Part shown: positions 1 to 13,879 of the stretch, piece after piece
Layout of the letters: each line of letters opens with the position of its first letter
How positions within the stretch are numbered: position 1 is the stretch's first letter
Assembly: GCA_964016885.1 (NCBI GenBank)
Contig: OZ024741.1
Span: 336,846,001 to 336,910,000 of the forward strand
Direction: 5' to 3'
Source: Eledone cirrhosa
Lineage: Eukaryota
Length of the DNA: 64,000 bases
The notes under the pieces: model-generated
What the model was told of the DNA's origin: nothing
Database searches by the model: none
Seen by the model: the letters and a program-made list of their open reading frames with translations, nothing else
Made by a program: the position numbers and the translations under genes

Positions 1-600
1 ATGCTAGTGAGAAATGGGCAGTAAATGCATTAATTGCAGTGTATATGTGAAGGCTAGAGAGAAATGAAGTGAGAATGCTTTTGTAGGCTGAAAAGGAAAT
101 GAAGTTGATCAACAAGATCCCAAACCTCATTCACTTACCAAGTAAAGTGGATCTTGTCAAATTGGACCAAGGAAACAATATTTCCATTGGTCTTTTCTTG
201 CTGATACAATCTACCGGTTGAAACTCCTGAGCGATAGATATGTATTGTTAATGTCTGCAAATGATGAAGCATGGATGAACTGAGAGAAAAACTGAGTTTA
301 AAAGGAACATGATGGAGCGTGCAAAAGAAAAGAGTGTGCTGGTATAGACGTGATGCATATGCATGATGATTGTTGGGTAAAGAAGTGCAAGAAATCCCAG
401 TTCAAGGTAGCTGCAGTAAAGGAAGACCAGGGAAGATGTGTGCAGAGTTAGTGGGAGCTGATCATAAATTGCTGAATCTCACAGAGAAGATGACAAAGGA
501 AAGTAAGAAATGGATGGAAGCTGTGCTGGAAAAGACATGTCTGATATATGGAAGCAGAGAAAAGCAAGCGTAAATTGATGCCAATGATAATGATGAAATC
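1..600 (+). mobile_element. Old degenerate RTE LINE 3' end, interrupted at about 110-240 by an antisense SINE fragment
   Basis: Decayed C-terminal RTE motifs (ELREKL, WVKKC, GRP) and a (GAT)-like tail. The insert matches the reverse complement of the SINE segment at about 57960-58010. Confidence 0.7.
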
Positions 601-1719
601 TTCATTTTGCCCAATACTCATAACAAAGATTCCAGGTTTGTGAATACCATGATAGCTGGAGATGACATGTGAGTGTATTAGTATTAACCAGAAATCAAAG
701 CAATACAGTGGAACCATCCAACATCACCAAGAGCCAAAAAAGTACAAACAATACTTCTATCGGAAAAAGTACAAAAAAACAAACAAAAATATTCAGAATA
801 GTAGCACAAACAGTATTTGAACAATTAGGTTCTGATTATATTGTGTGAGGGCTATAATCTTCCTGTTTTTACATGCCTAGCTGATCATGATGATGATGAT
901 GATATATATATATATATCATCATCATTTTACTGCCCATTTTCCATGCTAAGAAGGCTTGAACGTGTCTACGTAGACCAAGTCAGTACTGAAACAGGGCTA
1001 CTAACCTTCCAGACAGTCAAGGGATCTGCTTCTCACTTATAATATGTCTCATGTTCTACTGAGAACTACATGAGAGGTTGTTATGTCTTTAGAGATACAG
1101 AAACAATAGTCTTATTAGGTTCACACTTCAAAAAGGATAAAGGAAAGTATAATGTATCAAATGTTAGTCCTTCATTAGGTGTACAGAAATGGAAAGATAT
1201 GTATCAGAGAGTAGAAGTAACACAAAGATGGGGTTCATCTTATATATATATGTATATATAATATATATGTGTGTGTATGTATATACATATATGTGTGTAT
1301 ATATATATGTATATATCCCTCTTAATCTTTACCCCCCCCCCCCCTATATCATATACGCGCCTGCTGGTTCACCCTTTCAATCACTCCGTTCTCTCACCAA
1401 ATATAAATAAACCTGTTACGAGGTACGGATCTCAGAATTTGTCAACGCTTATTAATGGTCAGACCTGCTCACTCTCCTGCGAAATGTAATGTAAAATGCC
1501 ATTTTTTCTTGACTCTCCAACCTTGTCTCTCCAACCTCCATTCATTCATATATCCGTATCATTGCCCAGAATCCAATCTTTTGCTCTTCCTCAATGCTAT
1601 TCTATAATTCTATCTGGTTGTTCTAAATAATCTTCTTGTATTTTAAAATCCCATTATTCGCTTATTACTGTTATATGCTTGTCCAATTATGCCCAAAATT
1701 CGAAGATTTTATTTAAACC

Positions 1720-3290
1720 CTCTCGCTGATAAGAAGGTAGCTTGGAAGTGTCACTACGAAAGGCTACTAAATGAGGAGAATAAATGGGAGAAAGACAGTC
1801 TCCCCCACATCGTTCCAATAGAGGGACAAGCAGTGCTAGTTGAAGGTAGTATAATAAGTAAGGCAATCAAAGATATGAAGACGGGTAAGGCGGCTGGGCC
1901 TTCGGAAATAGTTGCTGAAATGCTGAAAGCATCTGAAACGGTAGGACATGCTATAGTCACCCGGATAGTAAACCAAGTCATACAGAATGGGGCCGTTCTG
2001 AAGGACTGGCATAGCAGCATCATCATTAACTGCTACAAGGGTAAAGGAGATGCCCTAGATAGGGGTAACTATAGAGGCATTAAATTAATTGACCAGGTCA
2101 TGAAGGTCACAGAAAAAGTAATAGCGCAACTAATAAGAGAGAGAATTGATCTAGATGAAATGCAGTTCGGGTTTGTGTCAGGTGAAAGTACCACAGATGC
2201 TCTTTTCATTGTACGACAACTACAGGAGAAGTACCTAGCTAAAAGTAAACCCCTATACTTAGCTTTTGTTGACTTGTAGAAAGTATTTGACAGAGTCCCC
2301 CGCTCCATTATCTGGTGGGCTCTTAGAAAACTAGGTGTCGATGAATGGCTTATGAGAGCTATACAAGCCATGTATAAAGAAACAGTCAGCAAGGTTAGAA
2401 TTAACAACGAATATAGTGAAGAGTTTAGCGTAAAAGTAGGTGTTCATCAGGGCTTTGTTCTTAGCCCCCTACTATTTATTATTGCCCTTCAGGCTATAAC
2501 AGAGGAGTTCAAGACCGGCTTCCCATGGGAACTCCTATATGCAGATGATCTAACGCTCATAGCTGAATCAATGGCTGAACTAGAGAAGAAATTCCAAACA
2601 TGGAAGCATGGCCTAGAATCAAAAGGCCTTAAAGTTAACTTGTCTAAGACTAAAGTTCTAGTTTGTAGGAAGGAAAATAGGGCACCGGTCCCATCCGGGA
2701 AATAGCCATGCTCAGTGTGTAGGAAAGGAGTAGGCAGAAACTCCATTTTATGTCCCAAATGCAAAGTATGGGTGCATAAAAGATGTAGTAGGATCACAGG
2801 TAAGCTAACTAAGAATATAGATTTTATATGTGGCCGGTGTTCTGGTGCAATATGTAGCACTGAGATCTTTGGCGCTACACAGTAATACAAAAGACCTGCC
2901 TTGCCTAAGTACAAAGCGAAACCTACAGTTAGTAGGCACCTCTCACAACAAAAATACACCCCTGTCCCACTACCCCCACCCCATCCACACCACCCCCTTC
3001 TTCAATGTGAAGTTATGTTGGTACCACAACATCCAGTCCGAAACAAATGAGGTCGTGTCGGTGTCACGACAAAAAAACACACAGTCCACGCTGTAATGTG
3101 GTTGTGTAGGTAACATGGTAAAAACCTCCCAGTCCACACTGTAAACGTGGTTGGTGTTAGGAAGGGCATCCAGCCGTAGAAAACCCGCCAGACAGTCCTA
3201 TATGAGCAGGACAACCAATCTTGCTCCAAGAAAACTCCCGTCCAAACCCATGCAAGCGTGGAAGATGGACGTTAAACGATGATGATGATA
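1720..3290 (+). mobile_element. 5'-truncated, disrupted RTE LINE (subfamily A, about 400-bp 3' UTR)
   Basis: RT motifs NYRGIKL, QFGF, AFVDL, QG..LSP and YADD, with stops at about 2277 and 2703. Internal deletion near 2860. Ends ggacgttaaac(GAT)n. Confidence 0.93.
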
Positions 3291-3398
3291 TGATGATATG
3301 ATATGATGATGATATGATGATATGATGATATGATGATGATATGATGATATGATGATATGATGATGATATGATGATATGATGTATATATATATATATTC

Positions 3399-3436
<38 letters not shown>
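3280..3436. repeat. (GAT/GATAT)n then (AT)n microsatellite at the LINE tail
   Basis: Direct reading. Confidence 0.9.
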
Positions 3437-3628
3437 GAAGGCGTGTGGCTGAGTGGTTAGAGAATTGGATTCGCAATCGTAAGGTTGTAGGTTCGATTCC
3501 TGGACCAGGCGATGCGTTATGTCCTTGAGCAAGACACTTTATTTCACGTTGCTCCTTCCACCTGGAGTTGCAATTAGCAATTGGAAAGACCGAAAGTCGA
3601 TTGTCTTTCTTCTTCTTCTTCTTCTTCT
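3437..3628 (+). mobile_element. tRNA-derived SINE with CORE-like segment and (TTC)n tail
   Basis: A box TGGCTGAGTGG, B box GGTTCGATTCC, then GTCCTTGAGCAAGACACTT. Flanked by (AT)n. Confidence 0.8.
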
Positions 3629-3700
3629 ATATATATATAAACATATATATATATATATATATATATAAACATATATATATATATATATATATATATAAAC

Positions 3701-3745
<45 letters not shown>

Positions 3746-3749
3746 CACT

Positions 3750-4455
3750 CGTTACCTGGGTGACAAAATCACCAGTGGTGGAGGGTGCTCTGAAAGTACA
3801 GTAGCCAGAGTCAGAGCGCGATGGGAAAAGTTCAGAGAGCTTATACCGCTGTTGGCCACAAAAGGTTTCTCTCTAAAAATGAAAGGCAGATTGGTATGGC
3901 CACGTGATGCGCATGAAAGACAACAGCTGTATAAAAAAGTGCAGGGCGATCAAAATTAATGGTAGTTACGGAGTAGGTAGACCCAGAAAAACCTGGGACG
4001 ATTTGATAAATTCCGACCTTACACACTGTCACTGGACCAAGATCTTTGGCGCTATGCAGTAATACAGAAGACCCACCTTGCCTATGTACAAAGTGAAACC
4101 TACAGTCAGTAGGCACCTCTTAACCAAATATACACCCCAATCCACTACCCCTACCCTATCCTCCCACTTCCACCCTCTCTCTGTAAATTAGTACCACAAC
4201 ATCCAGTCCAAATAAATGAGATAATGAGATCGAGATCGTGTAGGTGTCACAACAAAAAAACACACAGTCCACGCTGTAATGTGGTCGTGTAGGTAACACG
4301 GTAAAAAGTTCCCAGTTCCATACTGTAAATGTGGTTGGTGTTAGGAAGGGCATCAAGTCGTAGAAAACCTGCCAGATAGTCCTGTATGAGCAACCAACCT
4401 TGCCTCAATTGGGACAGCTCCTGTCTAACACATGCTAGCGTGGAAGATGGACGAT
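3750..4455 (+). mobile_element. RTE-A 3' fragment with internal deletions
   Basis: Same C-terminus and 3' UTR as 40965-41917. Confidence 0.88.
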
Positions 4456-4500
4456 ACATAGCAGAGTATAAATATGGCTTCTACAGGACTAGAACTGTTT

Positions 4501-4980
4501 CATCATCATCATCATCATCATCATCGTTAAACGTCCATCTTCCACGCTTGCATGGGTTTGGACGGGAATTTTCCCACTTGAGGCAAGATTGGTTGTCTTG
4601 CTCATATAAGACTGTCTGGCGGGTTTTCTACGGCTGGATGCCCTTCCTAACACCAACCACGTTTACAGTGTGGACTGGAAGGTTTTTACCGTGTTACCTA
4701 CACGGCCACATTACAGTGTGGACTGTGTGTTTTTTTGTCGTGACACCTACACAACCTCATTTGTTTCGGACTGGATGTTGTGGTACCAACATAACTTTAC
4801 ATTGAAAGGGGTGGTGTGGATGGGGTGGGGGTAGTGGGACGGGGCGTGTATTTTTGTTAGAGGTGCCTACTGACTGTAGGTTTCACTTTGTACTTAGGCC
4901 ACTTTGTGTAGCGCCAAAGATCTCGGTCCAGTGACATTGTCTTGGAGAGGTGTAAGTGTGTGAGGTTGGAATTTATCAAG
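4501..4980 (-). mobile_element. RTE-A 3' end, tail-to-tail with the previous copy
   Basis: (CAT)n followed by the reverse complement of the 3' UTR seen at 2880-3280. Confidence 0.9.
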
Positions 4981-5041
4981 TCAGAATTTATCTGTATCTC
5001 CGAATCAAATAGTTCTAGTCCTGTAGAAGCCATTTCTTTAT

Positions 5042-5340
<299 letters not shown>

Positions 5341-6502
5341 GAATTTGTACCAGTTAAAGTCTGTCTTAAGCAACTGAGAGTACAAGGACCTTCCCTGAAT
5401 AACATGCTAGCCCATAGCGTGGTTAACTCTCCAGCTACTACTGGTGCTCATTTTCAGCTGAATGTATTGGGGTATCCAATACTTTAACCCTTATTCCATG
5501 TGCCTTCTCTTACACACACATATATATATAGGGGCCAGAATGCATAGAACCAACAGCACATATCTCCGGTCCCTTTTATCATAAAATAAATATTTGAAGT
5601 TGTGTGAAATTGTTTAAATATTTTAAGTAATCTGATGAGCACAGGCCAATGGGGTGGGTAGGAAGAATACTACCTAGCTGTCAACCCCAGCAAAATATGT
5701 ATCATGGAGATGAAAATATACATAAATACAACTGCATATGGTCATCGATATATTTAATACTCTCTCTCTCTATATATATAAGTAATGTTTTTTTATTTAA
5801 CACCTTAAATTGTATTTGTTTCTATAAGTATATATATTAAAGCCTGGTTAGTTTCTCAATTGATATATCTATATATTGTTTAAAATTATAAATTATTATA
5901 TATATATATATATAAACATACACACACATGCATATATATAAAATACACAAACTCACAAAAATGTTTTGAACAAACTATGTGCTGGTGCTACAAAAACAAA
6001 AACACCCTGTCCACTCTATCGGGTGACATTATGAGACTGGAGGGCCTTGCTGGAAACATAAGGGTGGATGACGTCAAGTAAGTGGAAATAGAACAACCAT
6101 GTTGGGCCTCTCCATGTCAGGCCAGATGATGTGTTTTTGCTGCATGAGCTCGGGTTATCTGTTGAAAGGTTCTAGCCAGAGATTAGATGGATAGGACACT
6201 CACAGATATATCCCATCTGAACAAGATCAAAGACAGGAGATGACCTTTAAGGTAGGTGAGCTGCACATTTTCCCCTACAACAGTAGTTAGAGCTAAGACA
6301 TTGCCCTCGGTCACAAATTACCATGGGTTTTGCACCTAGAAAGTTCCTCTCTGAGGCACAAGCTCAGACAAGGTATTTTGTGGAAGACTGCCAGTCACTC
6401 CTCTCTACACCACCAATGTTTTCCAAGGGAAAGGCAAAGGCTCATACAGCTTGGTACCAGTGATGTCACAACTCATCTATATAGCTGAGTGAATTGAAGC
6501 AA

Positions 6503-6890
6503 CCTGGTTATTTACACCCCTAGACTATCTCTACAATGTGTTCCTGGGTATTTAGTAACTTAGACTAGCTCTACAATATGTGCCTGGACATTTAGTGCCC
6601 TAGGCTAGCTCTACAATGTGTGGCTGAGTATTTAGCACACTAGGCTAGCTCTACAATGTGCACCTGGGTATTTAACACTCTAGACTAGTTCTACAATGTG
6701 TACCTGGTTATTTACCTCTCTAGGCTAGCTCTACAATGTGTACCTGGTTATTTACCTCTCTAGGCTAACTCTACAATGTGTGCCTGGGTATTTAACTCAT
6801 TAGACTAGCTCTACAATGTGTACCCAAGTATTTAACACCCCAAGCTAGCTCTACAATGTGTGGCTAAGTATTTAGCACCCTGCAATATGC
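6503..6890. repeat. Minisatellite, about 40-bp unit, about 9-10 copies
   Basis: Recurring tag(a/g)ctagctctacaatgtgtacctgggtattta. Confidence 0.9.
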
Positions 6891-7218
6891 ACCTCTTCTA
6901 AGTTATGCACCCTATTTTCCCAAATAACGTAATTTCAACTTACAATCTGGTAAGAAGACAAACCAATTTTTCACTCATCTTGCTTTGACCACACTAAGAA
7001 AATTACTTAGCCTACATTTTCTACTACACATTCAAGACTCACCCATGCCAAATCATGTAACAGGTTATAACACAATAAGGCCCTCTCCACAAAGCTGTTA
7101 CACAGCCAAGATGTTTAGTGATTATTATATTGTTCACAGGAAAGTATTATATATTTAATTAAGAAATTTCTATAAAACAGTGGTCCTTTAAGGTTCAGTA
7201 ATGTGTTTTCCTGAGGTA

Positions 7219-7612
7219 CTCTCACGTCCCAAATAATGGGGTTGGGGGAATAAGCGGGGGAGTTGAAATAAATGGGAGGGTTGGAATAACTGGACTGGTT
7301 GGAAAATTTTCTAGGTTGTCTCCCATGATTGTTTTAAACACCAGAATTAGTCGTTTAGTTTACATATTGAGACCACAACCCATCCTATTTATTTTATAAC
7401 ATATGGGATTTCTTGTAATGTTCTTTTTTTGTCATGTATGATGTTTTTTTAATGTCTAAAGAAAATTGTCATAGGAAAGCAACCATTTAAAATAAAATTT
7501 TGCCAGAGATTGAGTAGGAAAATTTATTAAGTGTGTGAGGTTGGAATAAGAGTCGGGAGATGGTGTCTGAAAAATTAATAAGGTGGGAGGAATGATTATT
7601 CAAGACCTGGCT
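7219..7612. mobile_element. MITE, second copy of the 9686-10022 family
   Basis: TA then ctctcacgtcccaaataat. Body similar to 9686-10022. Right end attattcaagacctgg is partial. Confidence 0.7.
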
Positions 7613-7749
7613 GCTTAGTTGGCTTAAATGATAGTTATAGTCTAACATTGAAAAATGCAAAACCTTAGAAAGATAAAAATTGGCGGCTCTTAGTAGTTCA
7701 AGGGAGGTAACTATTCGAATCATTTTATATTTAGGTTTTACAAATTTTG

Positions 7750-7970
7750 TTGTCTGCATTTATTCACCTGGCAGTGGAGACTTCTGGTGTCCTCGGCCCC
7801 AGGCCTACCTCCTCACTCACCACCATAGGCGCTGAGCAGGCCAACCGCAGGTGTGAGCTCCGCGAGTTGAAATGGCTTTTCCAGCACGTCTCCCTTGTCG
7901 TCCTCCAGGGAAACACCTTCTCCATTCTGTCCGCCGGGGCTGTGGGTGGGCCCCATCGCGTACCGTTGTA
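7750..7970 (+). mobile_element. 3' fragment of a restriction-like-endonuclease (CRE-like) non-LTR retrotransposon
   Basis: GC-rich island encoding FIHLAVETSGVLGP...WLFQHVSLVVLQGNTFSIL, which resembles the F.P.AVET.G / LFQRLS..IQRGN C-terminus of this group. Confidence 0.65.
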
Positions 7971-8929
7971 GTTGTATATATGTATATATATATATATTTC
8001 TTTTGTTTATAAAAATTATCGGTAATTTTCGATCTAATACTATGCTGCATAACGAAACTACACGATGTGTGTGTCATCAATCATTTAGTTATGTTCCTAA
8101 ATTGGCAAATGCCTCTTGCAAACACATTAATACATTTCCTGCTCACACACACGTATATATATACATATACAAATATGGATCCAATCGTGTAACTATATGT
8201 GCACGTGTATGTGCTTGCACAGACTTACCCTTCATACACACTCACACATGCACTCAAAAATGCATACATGCGGGCACCTAGTGTGATGCAGAATAGACTT
8301 GAATACACAAATATTTTTTGTTCCTAATGCACATATTTTAATACAATATGTTTGTGTATATATATATATATAGATATGTATATGTATGTATACACACATA
8401 TATAGTCACACTCTACTATGCCCTATCCCAAGTATCGAGCAATCTGCTGAATAATGGTCTTACGAGTTTAAAACTGGTTAAATCTTGATCTATCTATCGA
8501 TCTATCTATCTATATATAATATATATATTTGTGCCACAAGATGTCTTTTCCACTGCTGGCTAAAGGGACTTCTCATCACATTTAATTTTAGTATTTTATT
8601 TATACTGGTGGGTATGTCTTTTGTGTATGACATATCACCAGTCAGCTCAGTCATGTGCTATCTTTTAGTGAAACCATTTTTCACAATTTCATCCCATTTC
8701 TTCCTTAGTCCCCCTCTAGAACAGATTCTGTCTAACTCAAGCCCTTTTTTTAATACAACTTTTCCTCTCCTTATTTATCACATGACTATACCAGAAAAAC
8801 CATCATTCATGTGCACTACAATCAATTCTTCTTATATTAAGTTTGTCTCTCAGTTCACGGATGCTCTGTTATTCATGTTCACAAACATTATGTATCTAGC
8901 AGAGCATGCATGCTTCATAGCAGATCATC

Positions 8930-9345
8930 TGTACTCAAAGAGTTCACATCTTCATGCCATGTAGCATAGTAGCTTCTGTACTCAGAGAGTTAATGTCTAT
9001 TTACCATGTAGCACACCAGCTTCTGTACTCAGTTCACATCTCTTTACCATGTAGTACACCAGCTTCTATATTCACAAAGTTCACATCTCCCTGCCATGTA
9101 GCACACCAACTTCTGTACTCAGAGTTCACACCTCTTTGCCATGTAGTATACAAGCTTCTCTATTCAGAAAATTCACATCTCTCTACCATGTAGCATACCA
9201 TCTTCTGTACTCAGATGTACTCAGAAGGATCACATCACTCTGTTATGTAGCATGCCAGCTCTGTACTCAGAAAGTTCACATCTCTCTGCCATGTAGTTTC
9301 TGTGCTCAGTGAGTTTTACATCTCATTGCCATGTAGCATACCAGC
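8930..9345. repeat. Minisatellite, about 45-bp unit, about 9 copies, derived from RTE ORF sequence
   Basis: Unit agagttcacatctctttgccatgtagcataccagcttctgtactc. Confidence 0.85.
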
Positions 9346-9685
9346 TCAAACACAAGCATCATAAAATCTGCCCTTCGTTCTGAAAGAGAAGCAACCTTTT
9401 GCCAGCAGAACTAACAGCTCCCTACACCACCACTGCTTATAAGGTCAATTTGGTTCTCACTCTCCACTGCTAATGAGATCCCCTTAATGGCAATAACTAC
9501 CTATTACTTCTACTGAGCTTTCCAAGCATATGAGAGTCTTAATTGCCCAAGTACTCTTACTGTTGATTGCTTCATTGCACTGTCACATATAAAGACTACC
9601 TTCTCTGTCAGCCTACCAGTGATGCCACTACATCTCTTGTGTATCAACTGTCCACACTGGGTACACTGTATAACGTTTCTACCTA

Positions 9686-10022
9686 CTCTCAGGTCCCAAA
9701 TAATAGGATGGGGTTGGAAAAAAATCAGTAATTTTTCTAGGTTGTCTCCCATGACTTTTTTAAAAACCTGAATTAGTCGTTTAGTTTACATGTTGAGACC
9801 CCAACCCATCCTATTTACTTTTTAATGTATGGGATTTCTAATAATGTGTAATGTTTCTTTAATATCTAACTAAAATTGTTGCATGAATGCTACCACTTAC
9901 AATAAAATTTTGCTGGAGATAATTTAGCAAAATTGAATAAGTAGGGTGGGGTGGGGGTGAAACAGGGGTTGGAAAAAATCTGAAAAATTAATAAGCTGGG
10001 GGCATTATTCGAGATCTAAGAG
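9686..10022. mobile_element. Tc1/mariner-type MITE with TA target duplication
   Basis: 19-bp imperfect TIRs (15/19 match), TA at 9684-9685 and 10023-10024. Removing it restores RTE codons GVGRN. Confidence 0.85.
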
Positions 10023-10619
10023 TACTCCTTTTTTGCAAATTGAGCATAGCCATTTACCTGATAGGAGCTAAGTCTTATCTTCTCTTTTTTTTGTACTTTC
10101 TAAGACTTTAATCTTTACTAGATTTACTTTTAGGCCCTTACGGATCCCATGCCTGTAACTTCTGCTTTAGATTTTCGAGTTTCTGGTATAAGGGATAGAT
10201 CATCAGCATATAGGAGTTCCCATAGATAGCCAATCTTGATTTCTTCTGTTTTGGCCTAGAGAACTATTATAAACAGGAAGGGATTGACAATTGAGCCATG
10301 GTGGATCCAAGCCTGCATTTTAAGTTCATTGTTAATCTTCATCTTACTGAGTACACTCTGTTCCCTATATATGGCTCGTTCAACTCTCACAAACCATCAG
10401 ATTACAGAATGAGAGATTCTGTTAAAGGCTATTTTCCAGGTTGACAATGTATGGAGGGAGGACTTATTCTTAGCTATGTACTTCTCCTGCAGCTGTCTCG
10501 CTAGGAGGATATCACCAGGATGTGAGAATATCCAGTGACATTCCCCACAGAAAGTCTGAGATATTACTGAATAGAGACATTCTCAGGTACCTGTTGAGTA
10601 CCTGAGAATCTCTTTAGTA

Positions 10620-11520
10620 TTGGTACCACAATAAATGTGCCCAGTACACTCTGTAAAGTGGCTGGTAGTTGTACAGTGACAATATAGGGTAGAGAACTTT
10701 TCAGTCTGGATGGATAGATGACAACCCCTCTCATGCTGACACTACAATGAAATACACCCAGTCCATTCTGTAAAGTGGTAGTGCTGATGGCATGACAAAA
10801 TGCACCCAGTCCTTTCTATAAAATGTTAGTACTTATGGCATGATAAAATCTACTCACCCCTCTCTGTAAAATGGTAGTGCTGATGCTTTGATAAAATACA
10901 CCTACCCCTCTCTGTACAGTGGAAGTGGTGGTGCTTTTATAAAATGCACCCAATCCATTCTGAAAAGTGGTAGTACCAGTCTCACAATAAAATACACCCA
11001 GTGCAATTTTTAAGGAGGTAGTGCTGGTGTTATGATACAATGTACCCAGTACATGCTGTAAAGTAGTTGGCATTAGGAAGGGCATCCTAATTGCTAATTT
11101 ATAGCACTTTAATTTTGTCAAAGATCTGACAACCTCTATAGTGTTGGAGCTTTGACAAAATGCACTCTGTAAAGTGGTTGATAATTTATTGTAAACGGCG
11201 ATAATTTATTGTAAATAGAACTCTTCAGTTTTGCTAAGTAAATGGAAACCTCTCTAGTGTTGGTGCTATGAATAAATATGCCCTGTACACTTTGTTAAAT
11301 GTTTGTGCTCATGTCATAATAAAAAGAATGCAGTACATACTATAGAATGCAGTACATACTATAGTACACACTAATATGCTGGTGCCACAATAAAATAAAC
11401 CCAGTTCTGATGTCACAATTAAATGAACACAGTACATTCAATAAAGTAGTGATGCTATTACCATGATAAATTGCAGCCATTATACTCAGTAAAGGGGCAT
11501 CCGGTCATAGAAGCCATACC
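10620..11520 (+). repeat. Degenerate tandem array of about 48-bp units derived from RTE/SINE 3' UTR
   Basis: Repeated aaatacacccagtacactctgtaaagtggtagtgctg. One unit runs on into ttggcattaggaagggcatcc as in the RTE 3' UTR. Confidence 0.75.
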
Positions 11521-13109
11521 AAAATATGGAACATATGAGCAGAGACATAACTAGGAAAAATAGTGACTAAAGCAAAGCAGGGAAATTGCTCCCTTGCTCA
11601 AACATCTGACACATATCTTTCAGATAATCAGCACTCTATATTTACCTATGGGCCCAATAATTTATATAAATAGTTTAATGAGCCAGCCACCATGATAATC
11701 AAAGACAGATCCTACATCTGAAGAAGTTTCTTTTTTCATTCTCCGACGATATCTTATCTGACTTTCATAGAAAATCCTCTTTGTCCAAGTTGCAGCCCCC
11801 TTCATGTGGTGCCCATGACATGTGCCATGTTTGCCATAACCTAGTTATGCTTCTGCATTGCATATGAGCAAGGTATCATTTCAAAACCATCTTGTCTCGG
11901 ATTGTAATAACTTTACTAACCCATGCCAACATAGAAAAACAAACATAAACTGATGATGGTAATGAGGATTTATGACAGTTCACCATAGAAATAGCAGCCA
12001 AAATTATAGTAGATAGATTGATTGGGGCTGTTGTGATTTAGAAACTGATGAAAATATCAAATTAGAAATGGAAAGTTTAAATGAACAAGATAAGATGCTT
12101 TAGATTTGAAATATAAAGAAAAATCGAATTTCATGTTTCTTTTTTATTTGGAGTGACAAGAATACATTTTTCAAAGAAAAGGTAATCCCAAAAGAATAAA
12201 AATTGTAGATAATAAGGTCATGGGTATTTTAATAAATATTTTGTTTAAAAAAAACGGAAAAAAAAGGTTTCATCATCATGACGGTGGATTTCAATGGATA
12301 TGTTGAAGAGAAAATTAAGAAAAAAAAAAATAAAAAAAAATAACAAAAACATAGGCAACATAAAAAAAAATAATAAAGGTAAGCGGAAGATTAGTTCATT
12401 TAATGAAAAGAATTTCGTTGAATACATATAGATGAAATGATGATTTTACAGAAATCTGTAAATGTTTCCCATATCAACTGTGGGTGTTCTAATTTCACTG
12501 TAGCCTCCCACGGATTTATGAGGAATGTTGAATTAAAAATTACATATGTCTATTGTATAGGAGGAAGGAAATGGTTATAATGGTTTCTAAGGTGAGAGCG
12601 AAATCTTGTTTAAGAAAATAGAAAATAGCTGTGACTTTCCATGCATTCATTTTGTTTCCTATTGTAGTGTTAGGTTTTAATAGAACAAGGGAGATAATTA
12701 CACGTGCTGCTCGTATTCCTTCCCTTTGTGATATAGCAGTACAAGTAGCCAAGCTTTGCATGTGATCTTTAAAGACAGACAAATGGAATAGAAATTTTAG
12801 TTAATAGAAATTACACCATCATTTCTGATATAGGTCCCCGTTTCATGCTGTCTATCCATTTTTGGCAAATCTAACCATCATACTATTTGCCTGTCTGTCT
12901 GTATGTATATATGTATGTTCGCACGTATGTTTGTATGTACGTATGTATGTATGTATGTATGTATGTATGTATGTATCGATATGCGTGTGTGTATGTGTAT
13001 ATATATGTATGTATGCATATATGCATTCATGTATGTATGGATAGATGGGTGTGTGTGTGTGTAATAAAATGTAACAAATTAATAAATATGCTATCGTTAT
13101 CACCACCAC

Positions 13110-13300
13110 CATCATCATCATCATCACCGTTTCACGTTTATTTTCCCTGCCTCCATGGCTTAGACAGGCTGTCACATTATGTGGCTAGACTGGTCAGATG
13201 ACTGTCTTGCTCGTTTGTTCCTTTTTTAACTTGATTTCTATGACTGGATGCCTTTCCTAATGCCAACCACTTTATAACATGTACTGGGTGCATTTTATTG
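13110..13300 (-). mobile_element. RTE/SINE 3' tail remnant
   Basis: (CAT)n followed by ctggatgcctttcctaatgccaaccac. Confidence 0.7.
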
Positions 13301-13879
13301 GGACTCCTATATTCACTTCCATATGAATTATATCTATCATCATCATCATCATCATCAATGCCATCATTGAACAAAGCATGTGTGTGTGTGTGTGCGTGAA
13401 TGTGTGCATGTATATGTATGTGTGTGTGTACGTGAATGTGTGCATGTATATGTATGTGTACATGCCTGTACATGTGTGCATGTATATATGTCTATGTATT
13501 TGCGTGTATGTGTGTTTGTGCATGTACACCCATGTGTTTATCACAATGTAACAGGATAATAATCGTACAACATTCACTGTAATATAAATTATTTATTATT
13601 TTTACACTTTCTTTTATCATTATCATTTTTGCTTCTGTTTTTCCATACTTGCATAAGTTGGAGGAGTCCTTTCCAGTATAGCCTCTCCTTCCTTCGTCTC
13701 TTTCTCTTTATCATCTCCTTTGGGATGTTTAGCATCCTCCTGAGATAAGTTCTTAACTCATCTGCTCAACCTGCGACAGCCATAGCATTCCACTACATGG
13801 AACTTTTGGCACCTTTTCACCCAACGATTGCCATCATTATCCATAAACATTACACATCTGTACCAACACAGACAATTTA

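Larger units (their letters stand above)
8530..10520 (-). mobile_element. Old RTE LINE fragment containing a minisatellite and a MITE
   Basis: Minus-strand WELLYADD (about 10200-10225), CKKGVGRN..CTQC..HKRC, GRFYDAC and ELRDKL motifs with many stops. Confidence 0.8.

Noticed and set aside
3437-3515. tRNA gene (also the heads at 28470-28543 and 40594-40665)
   Set aside because: A and B boxes are present but run into SINE bodies; no complete cloverleaf.
5628-5706. Hammerhead-like CTGATGA...AAAA-tatgta-TC
   Set aside because: G12 is missing and stem I barely pairs; too weak to call.
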